A stretch of DNA of 64,000 nt from Phyllosticta citribraziliensis (lineage: Eukaryota). Where the stretch lies: contig NW_027117346.1 in assembly GCF_038025025.1 (NCBI RefSeq), positions 372,001 to 436,000 of the forward strand, written 5' to 3'. How positions within the stretch are numbered: the first letter of the stretch is position 1; each line of letters opens with the position of its first letter. The notes below the pieces were generated by a model, which was not told the origin of the DNA, searched no databases, and was given only the letters and a program-made list of their open reading frames with translations. Below, in pieces: positions 49,611 through 62,176 of this stretch. Both the position numbers and the translations under genes were made by a program.

Positions 49611-50744
49611 CTACAAATGTTGCGCGTGCGGCGTGATTCTGATCCCATTCTGATCCCACTCAATCTTCTTCCCCGTGCGCAAACTCTCCTGCAGCGCCGA
49701 CGCGACCTCCATGCCCTTGACGGCGACGTCCAATTCATACGGCAGCGGCTTGTCGTCCAAGATGACGTCGGCGAACAGCTTGAGCTCCGTTACAAACGCC
49801 TTCTCGTAGCGCTCGTAGAAATCGGGCATGACGTCGTTGCCGACGCCTCTGCTGTCGCCCGTGACGACCAAATCGCGATGCGGATGCAGATTGATCTTGA
49901 GCGTGCCGGCAGTCCCAATGATTTCGGTCGGGTTGTCGAAGCCGTGCTCCTCGATGCGGGAGAAGAAGTAGTGCGAGATGGGCGCCGGGGCGCCGTCGGC
50001 CAGCGGATACCACTCGACGATGCCGGTGGCGTTGTCGACGTCGGCGATCTGCGAGAGCATCTTGTGTCGCGCAATGGTGCCAATGGCGGAACACGACTTG
50101 GGCCGCAGGCCGTCGCCCAGAAAGGCGAACGTCAGGTCGATGTCGTGGACGGCCGTGTCGATGAAGATGCCCGGGTTGGCCATGACGTAGCGGTGGTAGA
50201 ATTCCGAGTCGTCGTATTTGTCGCGCGTCTCGCTGCGTACGACGACGGGAGTTCCAATTTTGCCTTCTTTGATGGCGCGTTGCGCCTTGAGGTACGAGTC
50301 GTCGAAGCGCCGCGAGAAGGCCGTCATGACTTTGACGCTGGCGAACACTGGCTTACGCGCGAGTTTGACAATGTCTTGAGATTCGGCCACGTTCATAGCG
50401 AGCGGCTTCTCGCAGAGCACGTGCAGTCCCTTTTTGATGCATTCCTTGACCTGGACGTGGTGGACTTTGGTGGTTGAAGCAATGATGAGGGCTTCGAGGC
50501 CTGGCTCGGCAATCATGTCTTCGAACGACCTGTAGACGTTGACGCCGAAGGGGACGAGGTGCTCATCTGCCCATTCGAGATCAGCAGGAGCAGGCGAGCA
50601 GGCGGAAACGAGCTTGGTCCGCCAAACACCATGAAGCGCATTCAGGCAATGCTGGCGTCCTATTCGGCCAATGCCAACGACGCCGAGGGCAAGTCTGCGA
50701 GGTTCAGGCTTCTTGGCCAACGTGGGAGAAGTGTTGGTTGTCAT
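49611..50744 (-). CDS. Gfo/Idh/MocA family oxidoreductase (myo-inositol 2-dehydrogenase-like)
   Basis: Intronless ORF with first ATG at 50744. Motifs GVVGIGRIG, HVLCEKPL, FSRRFD, GIFIDTAVHDIDL. Confidence 0.92.
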   Translation of the reverse strand: MTTNTSPTLAKKPEPRRLALGVVGIGRIGRQHCLNALHGVWRTKLVSACSPAPADLEWADEHLVPFGVNVYRSFEDMIAEPGLEALIIASTTKVHHVQVKECIKKGLHVLCEKPLAMNVAESQDIVKLARKPVFASVKVMTAFSRRFDDSYLKAQRAIKEGKIGTPVVVRSETRDKYDDSEFYHRYVMANPGIFIDTAVHDIDLTFAFLGDGLRPKSCSAIGTIARHKMLSQIADVDNATGIVEWYPLADGAPAPISHYFFSRIEEHGFDNPTEIIGTAGTLKINLHPHRDLVVTGDSRGVGNDVMPDFYERYEKAFVTELKLFADVILDDKPLPYELDVAVKGMEVASALQESLRTGKKIEWDQNGIRITPHAQHL

Positions 50745-51641
50745 TTCTGGAGTCAAAGTGTGCAAAGAACAGGGTAAACTGGTTCCAAAGTTGATTGTGT
50801 TGGAAGGGGGTTGGAGAGGAAAAGACTCTGCTGGCTCTCAGGGAGACCACATAGTTATAGACCAGGACAGGCATCCTTTCACGTGGCTCCGTGGTCAAGA
50901 ATTGGACATTGTCGGCATAGCCATGGAGTTGTAAGGCATGTCTTTGGGGAGGAGCTGTGGTTTCGTGTGGAGTTGTGAGGGGAAGTGTGGTTGCCGCATT
51001 CGCTTAATGGTCGAGTATGGACCGCGGCAATGACTTTTTGCGGGAGAGCTTTGATCGGCATGCAGTCAGCGAGCATCTAGCCAAAGACGTCGCCTTTTCT
51101 ACCATCATCACTCTCAATATCCTTTCAAGCGTTCATCAGTTGCAGCAGCTCCTCATTAAAGTGGGAATTTTGTCCCTGCCTCGCACTCATCTGATGCCGT
51201 GAAATATCCCTCACGTCTGTCACGGCTCTACGACGTCGAGCGGCCGACCGTAAGTGGCAGGCCGGCTCGACATGCCCCCGCAGAGCTGAGATTCTGGGGC
51301 AAAGCTGGGGAACTACTGATAAGCAGCGCCTATCACGCTGGCTTCAAAATCAGCAGTCGACCACGCATTTGCAGACGGTGCATTGATAACCGCGCAGTCC
51401 AGCCTGAATGCCGTCCACGCTGGGCGTCGGATTGGATTCTCGCTCTCACCTCACATATGCTCGGGTCTATGTACCTCGACCTAGCGAGAACTCCAGGGCC
51501 GCTCCTTCATCCACCAAAACATCCTGACTGTCAACTAGAATTGTGATGTTGATAGCCCACCGCCCGTATGAGGCTTGCATTCTCTCTGTACGTTCGTGGC
51601 ATTCGCACCCGCCCACCAGCCGATCGTCCTGCCACAACGAT

Positions 51642-51999
51642 TCATTTCTGAGAGCCTTCCAGCTCCTTCTTCACGTCCTCGATGGCCTTGTCTTCCAGTT
51701 CCATTCCCTTGATGAGTTCAAGACATTGGCCTCCGGCGGCGTCTTCCTCCTTCTTGGCTTCAGCGTCCATGATGTCGAGCATCTTCCCAAGGCTCCGAAT
51801 GACTACCTGCCACAAACACCATCAGCACTGCCGTTGAAAAGCAAGATACTGGGGCACATACCTCAGGATCTTGACCCCTCAGCATCTCCTTGATCGAGTC
51901 AACCGTGTCCTCGATTTTCTTCTCGTCGACTTTGGTACCACGAAGCTGCTTCATCAATACTTCAACTTCGGCGTCCACGTCCAAGTTGCCAGGAGCCAT
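51642..51999 (-). CDS. Small acidic/charged hypothetical protein (100 aa, two exons)
   Basis: Exon 1 51999-51862 (MAPGNLDVDAEVEVLMKQLRG...QDPE). GTATGT..GCTGAT..CAG intron 51861-51807. Exon 2 51806-51642 (VVIRSLGKMLDIMD...KKELEGSQK*). Good start context (CACCATGG) and fungal codon bias. Confidence 0.75.
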
Positions 52000-53352
52000 G
52001 GTGAATTTGGCTGAATGAGAGCGTGTGGGACTTGGATTGGGTTGACTGCTGATGTGGAGAATGTTGGAGGGTGTGTTAAGGTACCAAGGCGATGGAGCCA
52101 GATGTGACTTGTGCCTGTTCAGGGTGATGTTGGCAGCGGACAATCCAAAGATGATGACTGCAGGTTCTGGGTGTGGTGATGAGGAAGTGGAAGAAGCTAG
52201 AAGGCGGAAGCTGCTGTTGAAGCTCCGGGCAGGACTCAGCCCTTTGAAAAGGTCGGCAAATGTCACGAGCGCTCCCCAAGACCAGATCAAGGGCGAGCAG
52301 GTGATTGTGCGTCGTGGACGGTCTGCCAAGGAGCAGTCGAAAGAGAGCGGGGAATGCTCGAGGAAGGAGTGGTGGGTCGGATGAAGAGGTGATGTGGTGC
52401 AAGCAGTTGGGTGGAATGAGAGGCGAATGCTCGATGAAGAGGTTTTGGGATGGTTGACAAGTGGAAGTGCAAAGGCAATTATGCGAATTTGTTGCCTGGT
52501 ATGACTTTGAGAGCCTGAGATCTCGAGAGCGCATTCACTTTCATGGTGTGAGCAGACCAGATCAAGACAGTCTGCGAACTCAACACAAGAACTTGAGCTC
52601 ATGACAAAAGGGCCCTGATTTGAAGCTCTCTCCTTGTGCACCTTGCTTTCACCTTCACCCGAAGACACTTGTACCGACAAACGCTGTTCCAGCCCATTTC
52701 AGCGTGGTAAAGTTTAAAGCACCTTTCGTTCTCTACGATTGCTTCGCTTCATTCGAGGTCACTGAAAAGCCAGACGTGCTGAGCAAAGACAGACCAAGTC
52801 TCTGACGATGTGACGGTGAGCATCGGAAGAACTAGGTTCAAAAGTCGGACCAAGCATTTGTGTCGCCTTGGGCATGCCAATCCCTTTCATCGAATAAAAG
52901 CATCATTCACCGGCCTTTCAGATGCCGTACACATTAGACATTGATCAATTCTTTGACTTTGAGGTTCAAAGTACATGACAGTACGATACACAAATCCACC
53001 AAGCGACAATCAAACGACAAAAGAAAAAGAAGAAGCGAAGGGAAGAAGTCATTGTGGCAGTAACCCACACTTAAACCAGCTTTCAGAATTTAAAAAGGCG
53101 GAGAACCAGCAAAAGTGCAGCACGTGGCAGTGTGTACGGCGGGGTAGATGGGAGCGATGGGAACGAATGGTATCTTTCTCCATGCAATCAAATCACTTCA
53201 CCCCACAGCCAGTGACCAGACAGCAACACCAGCTCGTCGTAGCGACGCAAAGCTCCATGAAACGCCCGCATGCCATTTGAAATGTCCAACCTACCGCACG
53301 CTTGTTGATGGATCAGTGCAAGAACCTCAACGCCGGCTCCTTTGTAGGGGGC

Positions 53353-56300
53353 TTAGAAGAGCAGCAGAGCTGCCAATCCACCAGCCACGCCACCGACGAC
53401 CTTGCCCGCCTTGTTGTTCGCGTTGGCCGCTCCCGTGAAGATGGGCTGCGTTGGTTGAGCGGCCGTGCCAGTCGGCGGAGGACCGGGCCGGAACGTTGGC
53501 GAGAGCGTGCCGATGCCGCCCTCTGCGGTGCCGAAGCCGCCAAACGGTGGAAGTGCTTCTGTGCCCGAGGGGGCGGGAGGCGGCGGCGGGCCGGGGACGA
53601 GGCTGGCCTCGATTTCGGGACGGCCGCCAGGCCCAGGGAGCGTGGTGACGTCGAAGCGGACTTGCGGGACTGTGATGATCTTGGAGATGATGATTGGAGT
53701 CGTGGGCAAGGGGGGGCCGGGAGTCGTCGGAATGCCGGTTGGGGTCGAGACGGGCACCTCGACTGTTGTGACAATAGAGATGACGGTGACGGGCACCGTT
53801 TGGACAAGCGGAATAGTAGCAGGAATTCCGGGAACGACTGGCGGAGGCTGTTGCCCAGACTCGGGTTGACCGGGGACCTGGGGAACGATCGGCTGCTTGG
53901 GAATCTCGGGTGGAGGTTGTTGTCCGGACTCGGGTTGACCGGGGGCCTGGGGAACGATGGGCTGCTTGGGAATCTCGGGCGGAGGTTGTTGTCCAGATTC
54001 TGGCTTGCCAGGGTATTGAGGAACAGTTGGAACGACTGGAATCACTGGCGGCTTTTGTTCTTGTGGAACCTCTGGACATGTAGGACCTTGCATTCCAGGC
54101 GTTTCCGACTCGGGCGGCTTGACTCCGATAGGAATACAGGGCTGTTCGGGTTTTGTGGGCGGTGGCTGCTGTCCAGATTCTGGTTGGCCAGGGTATTGAG
54201 GAACAGTTGGGACAACGGGAACGACAGGCGGCTTTTCGGCTGGTGGCTGTTGTCCAGATTCGGGCTTTCCGGGAACTTGGGGAACGACGGGGACAACAGG
54301 GACAACAGGGGGCTTTTCGGGCGGTGGCTGCTTGCCAGACTCGGGTTGCCCAGGGACTTGAGGGACGACAGGGACAACAGGGGGCTTTTCGGGTTGTCCA
54401 GGAGGTGGCGGCAACGATGTAGGCGGGGGCTGCTGAGCAGGTGGCTGTTGCGCAGGAGGCTGGGCAGGAGGCTGCTGGGCAGGAGGCTGCTGGGCAGGAG
54501 GCTGCTGGGCAGGAGGCTGAGCAGGAGGCTGCTGGGCAGGTGGCTGCGCAGGAGGCTTGACCGGGACATTGACAGGCGGTTGTCCGGGAGCGGGAGGCGT
54601 CGTCTCGGTTGGAGGACCGGGTTTGACGGGCACATTGACTGGGGGCTGTCCGGAAGGCGGCTGTTGATTGGGAACGTTGACAGGCGGCTTCTCTTGGGAA
54701 GGAGGCTGGCCCGAAGGCGGCTGTTGGTTGGGAACATTGACGGGAGGCTTTTCCTGAGTTGGAGGCTTCTCCTGGGGTGGGTAGATGTTTCCACCGCCAG
54801 AGGGAATCAGGGGCACAGGAACGTTCGGAGGAGCCTCGTTCTTCGGTGGAACAGTCGCAGGAGGCGGGACGTTCTGAGCTGGTGGCTGATTGACGTTGCC
54901 GCCGCCCTGAGGAATGAGAGGCACGACAGGCGGGGATTCTTTGCCTCCGCTGGGCTGTCCGGGAACCTCGACCTTGGGTGGTGGAACTTCTTTACCTCCG
55001 CTAGGCTGTCCAGGGACTTCAACCTTGGGTGGCGGGACTTCTTTGCCGCCGCTGGGCTGTCCAGGAATTTCAATCTTCGGCGGCGGACCCAAATTGGTAT
55101 TGGGCGGAAGATTGATGACAATGCCTGGGTTCTTGGGGATGAAGCTGGCGCAAATGCCGACGAAGTAGGACAGACCAATGTCAATCTCGAGTTTGGAACA
55201 ACCTCTGGCGTTGACGCAGTCAATGACCAACTTGGTGTACTCGTAATGCTGGCAGTAACAAGCAAAGTCCGTGTTTCCAGCACATTTCGTGACATGAAGC
55301 CAAGTGGCCAAACACTTGGGAACAACGGGCGGACACTCGCCAGGCACGGGCTGGCATGGGGTGCCAGGGGGACCTGGGGGCCCAGGAGGACCAGGAGGGC
55401 CTGGCGGACCTGGCGGACCTGGAGGCGGAGAAGAAGTAGGAATAGGGGGACCTGGAGGGCCGGGCGGGCCTGGGGGTGCAGAAGACGTGGTGGGAATAGG
55501 GGGGCCGGGCGGACCGGGCGGGCCTGGCGGAGGAGAAGAGGTAGAAGTAGGGGGCCCAGGAGGAGGGGGCAATGTGCCAGTGGGGAAGAAGCCGGTGGGG
55601 ATAGGAGGGAAAACGCCCGGAACACTGCTGCTGCTGCGTGGTGTCCCAATGGGAGGACCGCCGCCTGGCTTGGTACTCTGCTCTGGTGGTGGTGGCCGAG
55701 GTACGTTCGATGTAGTTGGAAATGGGCCCGGGGGCGGGGCAGTTCCGATAGTGAATGTGGGCGTACCAATTGGAGGTCCCGGGAAGGTTTGGCTGGTGTT
55801 GAACTTGGGCGGAGGGGGCGGAGGAGGAGGAGGAATAATGCCGGTTGGGGGAGGAAGAATGCCCGTGGGGATGATTGGTGTGCTGGATGTCGTCGGCTTG
55901 GGAGGTATGATGGTAGGAGGGAAAATTCCTGTGGGCGTTCCAAAAGTAGTCGGGTATGGAGGTGGAGGTGGTGGTTTGAAACCGCCGCCGCCGCCGCCGC
56001 CGCCGCCGCCTCCTCCACCGCCGCCGCATTCGTAGATGATTTGGAAAATGTTCAGTTCGACGTCAATCTCGATGGTCTCTACGGCTTTGAAGCTAACGGA
56101 TACAGCTCCACCGCATTGTTGATTTTCAATGACCGATAAACCGGTGCCAGCATTAGAGGTGTGCTTGCAGATCGATCCGTCTGTCATGGTATAACTGAAT
56201 TCGACTGAGACCTTGATGCTCGCCGAGACGTGGAGAGCGGAAATCGAGAAACCGTTTCCAGCATATTCGTCGACACGGGTAATCCTGACGGCTTCGGATA

Positions 56301-56660
56301 CGGATTTCTTGAGGTAGGCTACAGCGCATTTCTTAGAAGTGCCGTCGACAGTGCATCCTTCCTTGACTTGGAGTCCGGTCACGGAAAACCCCGCGTAGAG
56401 AGAGGAGACCGCAGTCCCGGCAGAAAGGCTGTCGAATTTCCAGCCATCCTGCATAGGTTGTGTACAATGGTGCTGGATGTATGAACATGAACATGTATAT
56501 GGTTGAACATCGCTGCCCCAGAGGTTGGCATTGGCTAGAGTCTGTGATTTTGTTAGGATCGGGGTGTTCCAAGACAAGCAGCAACGAAATGGGAACTCAC
56601 AGCGGCTGCTCTTTGTACAGCGAGACTACTCGCGAGGAGCGAAAGGGTGGCCAACCTCAT
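53353..56660 (-). CDS. Secreted, probably GPI-anchored CFEM-domain proline-rich cell-wall protein/adhesin (Mad1-like architecture), ~1082 aa
   Basis: Signal-peptide exon 56660-56601 (MRLATLSLLASSLAVQRAAA), intron 56600-56542, exon 2 56541-53353. Cys-containing N-terminal domain, poly-G/poly-P, CFEM (CPPVVPKCLATW...CAGNTDFACYC...CVNARGC...GIC), Pro/Gln repeats, hydrophobic C-terminus after 'FTGAA'. Confidence 0.9.
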
Positions 56661-59600
56661 GGTGACCGAGGGGAATGTAGACTGTTACTGAAGATGGCAG
56701 TCACAGGCGGAAGCGAGGGGTAGGATATATGCTTTGGTAAGAATAGGGCTATGGGAAATGAGAAATGAGCCTCCAAACCAGACAAGCGAATGACTTTGGC
56801 TCCCGGAGAGACTGTTGACTCGAAATAGGTATGGGTATGGTAGCAAAGATTGAAAACGGACTCTTAGAGACATGGGAAACTTGGCCTACATATAACTGGC
56901 CACTGCACCAGTCAGTGCAGAGACCTGGGGCGGCATACATGATCGTCCCGGAGGCGCGGGCATTCTCAAGAAAGAAACATTACATTGGAAAGGCAGCCGA
57001 TGGACCGAAGGCTAGCCACAGGACGAATGTGGCATTGTTGGGTTAGTGCGCGAAGCAGCCAACGGCTTCTCACTGGTAGAGGGTCCTGACGGTGACAGGG
57101 TCAAGGTATCGAGACCCCTGCAGGAATATCCCCGCTACTTACCAGGCTAATGCAGGAACTTGTTATGCTACCGACACAGGAATGTTCTCCGGGAGCCATG
57201 GATAGACAGTACCGTCCTTTTACCTTCTCGTGTTCTTATTCCCCTGAGACACCAACCGACAAAGCAACGATCTCGTCAACAGCCGAACGACTTGACAGAG
57301 GAGATGGGGAAGCAGAGCACCCCTGCCACACGTGTTGCCAATATTGGTTGTGCTGTGAGTTGACGGCATTCTGCGTCCGCACAAGCTGATCAAGCTTTGC
57401 TTCCTCTTCTACTTGTCCACGACACGGATTGCGGCGAGGAACTCGAGGAGACTTTTGGATGCAACGCAAGGGGCGGCGGTGCTTCGGGGCGAAGACAAGG
57501 AGGGACCATCGAACTGCAGAGAAGAGGGTACAGGGTGTTCAGTCGAGGGTCAAAGAAGCGTCGAGCATGCCGGGAGTTTCGAGGCGTGGAGGAGAAGCTG
57601 ACTCGCGATCTACATGGTGTTCCGTCAGAAGCTCCCACTAGCGTTGATGGCTGCTGGGATGGTCCTTTGTCGTGACAGTTCAACACTTCACCTCCAAATG
57701 TTTATTTAGGTTTTTTAGTCTCCTTATTGGCCGACCAGCCAGGGGCCTTGCATGCTCAAAGCAGACCTGTCCTTGTCAAGCCTTCTATAATTGTCAGCTC
57801 TGGTGTCATTACAACTTCGCCTTCTTCTCGCGTCCGACAGCCTGCCCTAGCTGGACTATAGGCTCAAGCCATCGTTTTTGGGCCTCTCAAGGCCACTCCT
57901 GCAGCTGTTCACGCAGCAGGGCTTCGAAGCGGTGGCAGTGTCTTCCCCGGATGATCCGACGCATGTAATGCCAAGTGACTGCACATTTTCTCGCGGCTGT
58001 TGCGCCGCGACCCGGCAGCCGTTACGGGACTGGCCTTGTCTGGCCTTGGGGATGGATAAACTCCGCCTCTGGACTTGCGCATATCGGCGACTAGCCAGCT
58101 GCTATTGCGCTTCTGTTGTGGTGGCAGCCGAAGGGCGGACGTCCAAGCGTGGCCGTTCATCTCCCCTAAATGCTAATTTTTGGACACTAACGGCGCGACC
58201 ACTCAGTGCGTTTCGCGATCCCCATCTCGACTTTGAATCGTCTGATCCGAAGGCGGTATACTTGGTGCGTTGTGCGGAGTCTGAGTCCGGAGAGAATAAC
58301 CTTTCTTTGAGATCCATACGAGCACTAGTCGAAATCAATCTTTTGGCTGCAGCTAGGCAACCCAGGAACATCACTGACAGTTGAGCAGTGAGCCTTTTTC
58401 GAGACCATGGACGCTAGAACTGATCAGGACAGACGAGTGGCAATTAACCATTGCATCATGATTCTGTGTGGTCATAAATTAGCATGATGGCGACGTATCC
58501 CACGGGCAAAAGCTTCCAGCCGCCAGGGTCCGGACAGGGTGGTTCCGTAATGGGAATTTTTGCTGAGTGCACCTCTCGAGGGTTGAGAACCTTTGTCCAG
58601 CCAATTTAACCATACGTGCGCCTCTTTGAAGGATCCAAGCAGCACCGACGAGCAACCGATCTTGATGTCAATAAATATTCAGATCGTGCGCGACAAGACC
58701 CTCATTGATTCTCTGATTGAGCGCAGTGGTTCTTTTCCGTCAACTTCCTCAACACCGGATATGAATATCAACGGCACACTCGACAAGGTGTCTGTCCCAC
58801 GAGAAGGGGTCCGAAGGAAGTCTGTTGCTATAGCCGTCCGGCTCGATCCCCGGCTACGTGGGCGAATGAAGTTGCTGAGGCTGACGCGTAGCTCCTCTCA
58901 CGATACGGGGAGACTTGAAGGTGGAAGTGGACCAATCGCGTGAAGGGCGGCGGTGGCCGAACCATGAGCCGCTCTGCAATATCGGCAGAGTTGAGGCTGG
59001 TCTAGTCCAGTGTATGGCGTGAAGACAGCCGGGTTACGCCATCGTGATTGGTGAAGCGGACCGTTGGGGGTGAAATGATTAGAAACGGTTCCGAAAATAG
59101 TCAAAGTAACGGTGTCGGAGAACATCACGGAACAGGAAGCGGCAAAGGATATTTTGGTCCTGTACGAGGAGAATATGGTAGAATGGAGTCGTGAGAGGAT
59201 GGGTGTTGGAGCGCCTCGATTTCGTCAAAGGCTCGTCATGGTGTTTGGTTGTCCAGTATCTGCAGACCAGACTAGATAATCTCGATGAACTACGTGGCTC
59301 TGAGCGTAGGTTGCGGTGGTGCGTGTTTGCCTTTTAGTACATTTTGATCGGCGTCTGCTCAGTGGCAGATTCAAATCACCTCAAAGGCTGTTGGTCCGTT
59401 GGCAAGTTGAAGCGATGCGGCGCGCGGATGCCTGTCGCGTCAACGACGCATGAATTGCGAGGAGGACATGCTGCCGGGGGTCAACAAAGAAGGTATCGGG
59501 ACGGGTACAGTACGAGGGCTTGTGCAATAAAGACATGAGGTCGTGGATGGGTCCGTCAGGCGCCCGCGGGTTGATAATGCGGTGGAACCCGCTGATTATC

Positions 59601-60373
59601 GCACTGGCGTCTGATTGGCGGACGACAAAATCGTCAAGACATTATCGCTCTGATAGATATGCGAGCCAGATATTTTGGTGGTTGTGCCGTTCTTCTTTCA
59701 ACCGCGCCGGCAAAAAGAAAGGTCAAGTCGAGACAAAACGGAGCCCAACCAAACGTGCCCAAGGAACCGCAGGAAATGTGAGCCTCGGAGCCTCGCCCTC
59801 GCCGCCCTGGGCTCCGGCTCCGGCTGACGCTTGGCGCGAGACCGCCCGGACGATCGCTCCCCTCGCTCGCTCTCGGTGGCCCCGGCCTCGAACGAAACTT
59901 CGACTGCGCCGTCTGCCCTCTCCACTCAACAACCACGCCATCGTCCACACCTGTTTTCGCCCGGAATATCGAGAGATATCCTCCTGGCGACCGTTCTCTC
60001 TTCGACTCCGACAGCTCAACAACCATCTATGGGATCCTCTGGCTCCGCGACAGTCTCCTTCGTCTCGCGCTCCTTCGCGACTGCCCTGTTCACCTCCCCT
60101 GCCCTGACCTTTGGCGTCGGACTCTTCCAGACTGAGGCCAGCTTCGCCTCGCTGCTTTGGGTACTGGCGGTTGGTCCGCCTTGAACGGGCGGACGGTAAA
60201 CACTTGGGGCTGAAGAACAGGCTGAGAAGTGCGTGCACCCAGACACCTTCACACCTTCACTCCCTCGCGCCCTTCTGACCCTTGTGCTCTGCAGCTTAGT
60301 TACATTTGGATCCTTTATGGAATCTCCTTTCTCCCTCTCGCGTTTCCCGAATAACCTTTGAACGACCACCACC

Positions 60374-62176
60374 ATGGTCTTCGCCTTTGATCCCAACGAC
60401 AAGCACCTACCGCAGGTGGCTGGGGCCGACCCGCTGACCGACCCCATGCAAGATGCTGTCAACGCCGCTCCGGCTGGCGCTGAAACCGACGTCAACATGA
60501 CCGACGCGAGCACTACCATCGTCGACCATGCTGCGCGCCTTGCGCGCAACCTCGATCGCTCAACGCCCATCAGTGTCGCATCCCAATCTCCTCATCGCCA
60601 TTTGCCGGCCAGGGATGTGAGACACGCCGAAGCCTTGGGAGAAAAGCTCAACTTTGAAGTTGTGCGCAACAACGCAGCCAAAAAGAAGAAGAAGAAAAAG
60701 GCCTCCAAGGCCACTGCTGCGCCCGCTGTGCAGACCATTCGCGGATTTCATACACCTGCCACTTCAGAGGCAGAAGAGACGGATGTTTCAGCAGCAAACA
60801 CGCCTGCATTCGGGCCTGTTGTGCGCGACATTCCAAGCGTCACGAGCAGCCCTGCGCTCCGTCCTACTTCGTCTTCGGGTGGCATTTCCTCTATGAGGGC
60901 GCAACTGGACAGGCTTGACCTTGGACCACCAAGCCCAGCAAAGCTGACATCCTCGGCCACGGGAGCATCCAGCAGCGTTAGCGTCGCTTCTGAAATGTCC
61001 AGCACCAGCGAGAGGACTGAGATGGAAACCTACGATGTTGATATCGTTGAAGATTTCACCAGCTCGCAGGCTGTTGATGGTCAGAGTGGGGACGCTGACG
61101 TACGTCTGAGCTCACTCACGCGGAAGATGACAGCCGACGATTTCCAAAACCTCACCTGCCTTGGCAAGGGATCGTACGGCACCGTCCATCTGGTGAAGCA
61201 CAAAGCCACCGGGCGTTTGTTTGCCCAGAAGCAACTCAAAAAGGCCAGGTTGACTGTCACCAAGAAGTTGGTGCAACAGACCAAGACGGAGCGCGCCATT
61301 CTGGAAAATGTCAATCGACACCCCTTTGTGGTCAAGCTTTTTTATGCGTTTCAGGACCACGAGAAGCTCTACTTGATTCTGGAATACGCCCAGGGCGGCG
61401 AGCTGTTTCACCACTTGGCCATGGAGCGCATGTTCACCGAGGAAGTCGCTGCATTCTATATGGCGGAAATGATTCTCGCGCTCGACCACTTGCATCGTGA
61501 CGTCGGCGTGGTTTATCGGGATTTGAAGCCGGAGAACTGCCTCTTGGACGCCGAGGGTCATTTATTGTTGACCGACTTTGGACTTTCCAAAGTCGCCGTT
61601 GACGAGAATGACAAGTGTAACTCCATGTTGGGCACTGCAGAGTACATGGCGCCCGAGGTCATCCAGGGCAAAGAGTACAGCTTTGCAGTCGACTGGTGGG
61701 CCCTCGGAGCTCTGGGCTGTGACCTTCTCACTGGCTCTCCACCATTTACTGCAAACAATTACTCCAAGACGCAGGAGAAGATTGTCAAGCAAAAGGTCCA
61801 GCTTCCATACTTCCTGAGCCCGGACGCAAAGGACCTCTTGACGCGTTTGCTGCGCAAGGAACCAAACAAGCGCCTCGGTTCCAACATGCCCAAGGACTTG
61901 CAGACAATCAAGAGTCACCGCTTCTTCCGCCGGATTGATTGGAAGAAGCTGGAGAAGCGTGAGCTGGAGCCGCCGATCAAGCCGCTCATCACGGACCCTG
62001 AGCTTGCAGAGAACTTTTCAACCGAATTCACCGACCTCCCTCTGAGCCCGGTGGCTTCGTTCAAGGATAGCTCATGCTTTGAGAATGGCTCGGCCGAAAC
62101 GAAGCCTAATCCTTTTGGCGGGTTTAGCTTCGTCGCCAGCTCAAGTCTGCTCGAGACTGGTGGATGGGCATTTTGA
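60374..62176 (+). CDS. psk1: AGC-family Ser/Thr kinase, Psk1/Ypk3 (ribosomal S6 kinase-like)
   Basis: Intronless 600-aa ORF. Motifs GKGSYG, FAQKQLKKA, HPFVVKLFYAFQD, YRDLKPEN, DFG, YMAPE, and the AGC hydrophobic motif FGGFSFV. Confidence 0.92.
   Translation: MVFAFDPNDKHLPQVAGADPLTDPMQDAVNAAPAGAETDVNMTDASTTIVDHAARLARNLDRSTPISVASQSPHRHLPARDVRHAEALGEKLNFEVVRNNAAKKKKKKKASKATAAPAVQTIRGFHTPATSEAEETDVSAANTPAFGPVVRDIPSVTSSPALRPTSSSGGISSMRAQLDRLDLGPPSPAKLTSSATGASSSVSVASEMSSTSERTEMETYDVDIVEDFTSSQAVDGQSGDADVRLSSLTRKMTADDFQNLTCLGKGSYGTVHLVKHKATGRLFAQKQLKKARLTVTKKLVQQTKTERAILENVNRHPFVVKLFYAFQDHEKLYLILEYAQGGELFHHLAMERMFTEEVAAFYMAEMILALDHLHRDVGVVYRDLKPENCLLDAEGHLLLTDFGLSKVAVDENDKCNSMLGTAEYMAPEVIQGKEYSFAVDWWALGALGCDLLTGSPPFTANNYSKTQEKIVKQKVQLPYFLSPDAKDLLTRLLRKEPNKRLGSNMPKDLQTIKSHRFFRRIDWKKLEKRELEPPIKPLITDPELAENFSTEFTDLPLSPVASFKDSSCFENGSAETKPNPFGGFSFVASSSLLETGGWAF

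Noticed and set aside
49617..50477. 286-aa plus-strand ORF
   Set aside because: Antisense shadow of the GC3-rich oxidoreductase.
49611..50744. Horizontal transfer of the intronless oxidoreductase
   Set aside because: Lack of introns alone is not evidence; the kinase here is also intronless and codon usage matches neighbouring genes. A phylogeny would be needed.
52052..52680. 110-aa plus ORF and the upstream extension of the 306-aa minus ORF
   Set aside because: No motifs, and the minus ORF starts at a non-ATG codon; only the part from ATG 51999 has gene-like structure.
53302..56139. 945-aa plus-strand Arg/Gly/Trp-rich ORF
   Set aside because: Antisense shadow of the Pro-rich CFEM gene; starts at TTG and has no independent domain.
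56700..59900. Short ORFs in the long divergent intergenic region between the adhesin and the kinase
   Set aside because: No recognisable domains, codon bias or consistent splice structure; treated as regulatory/intergenic.
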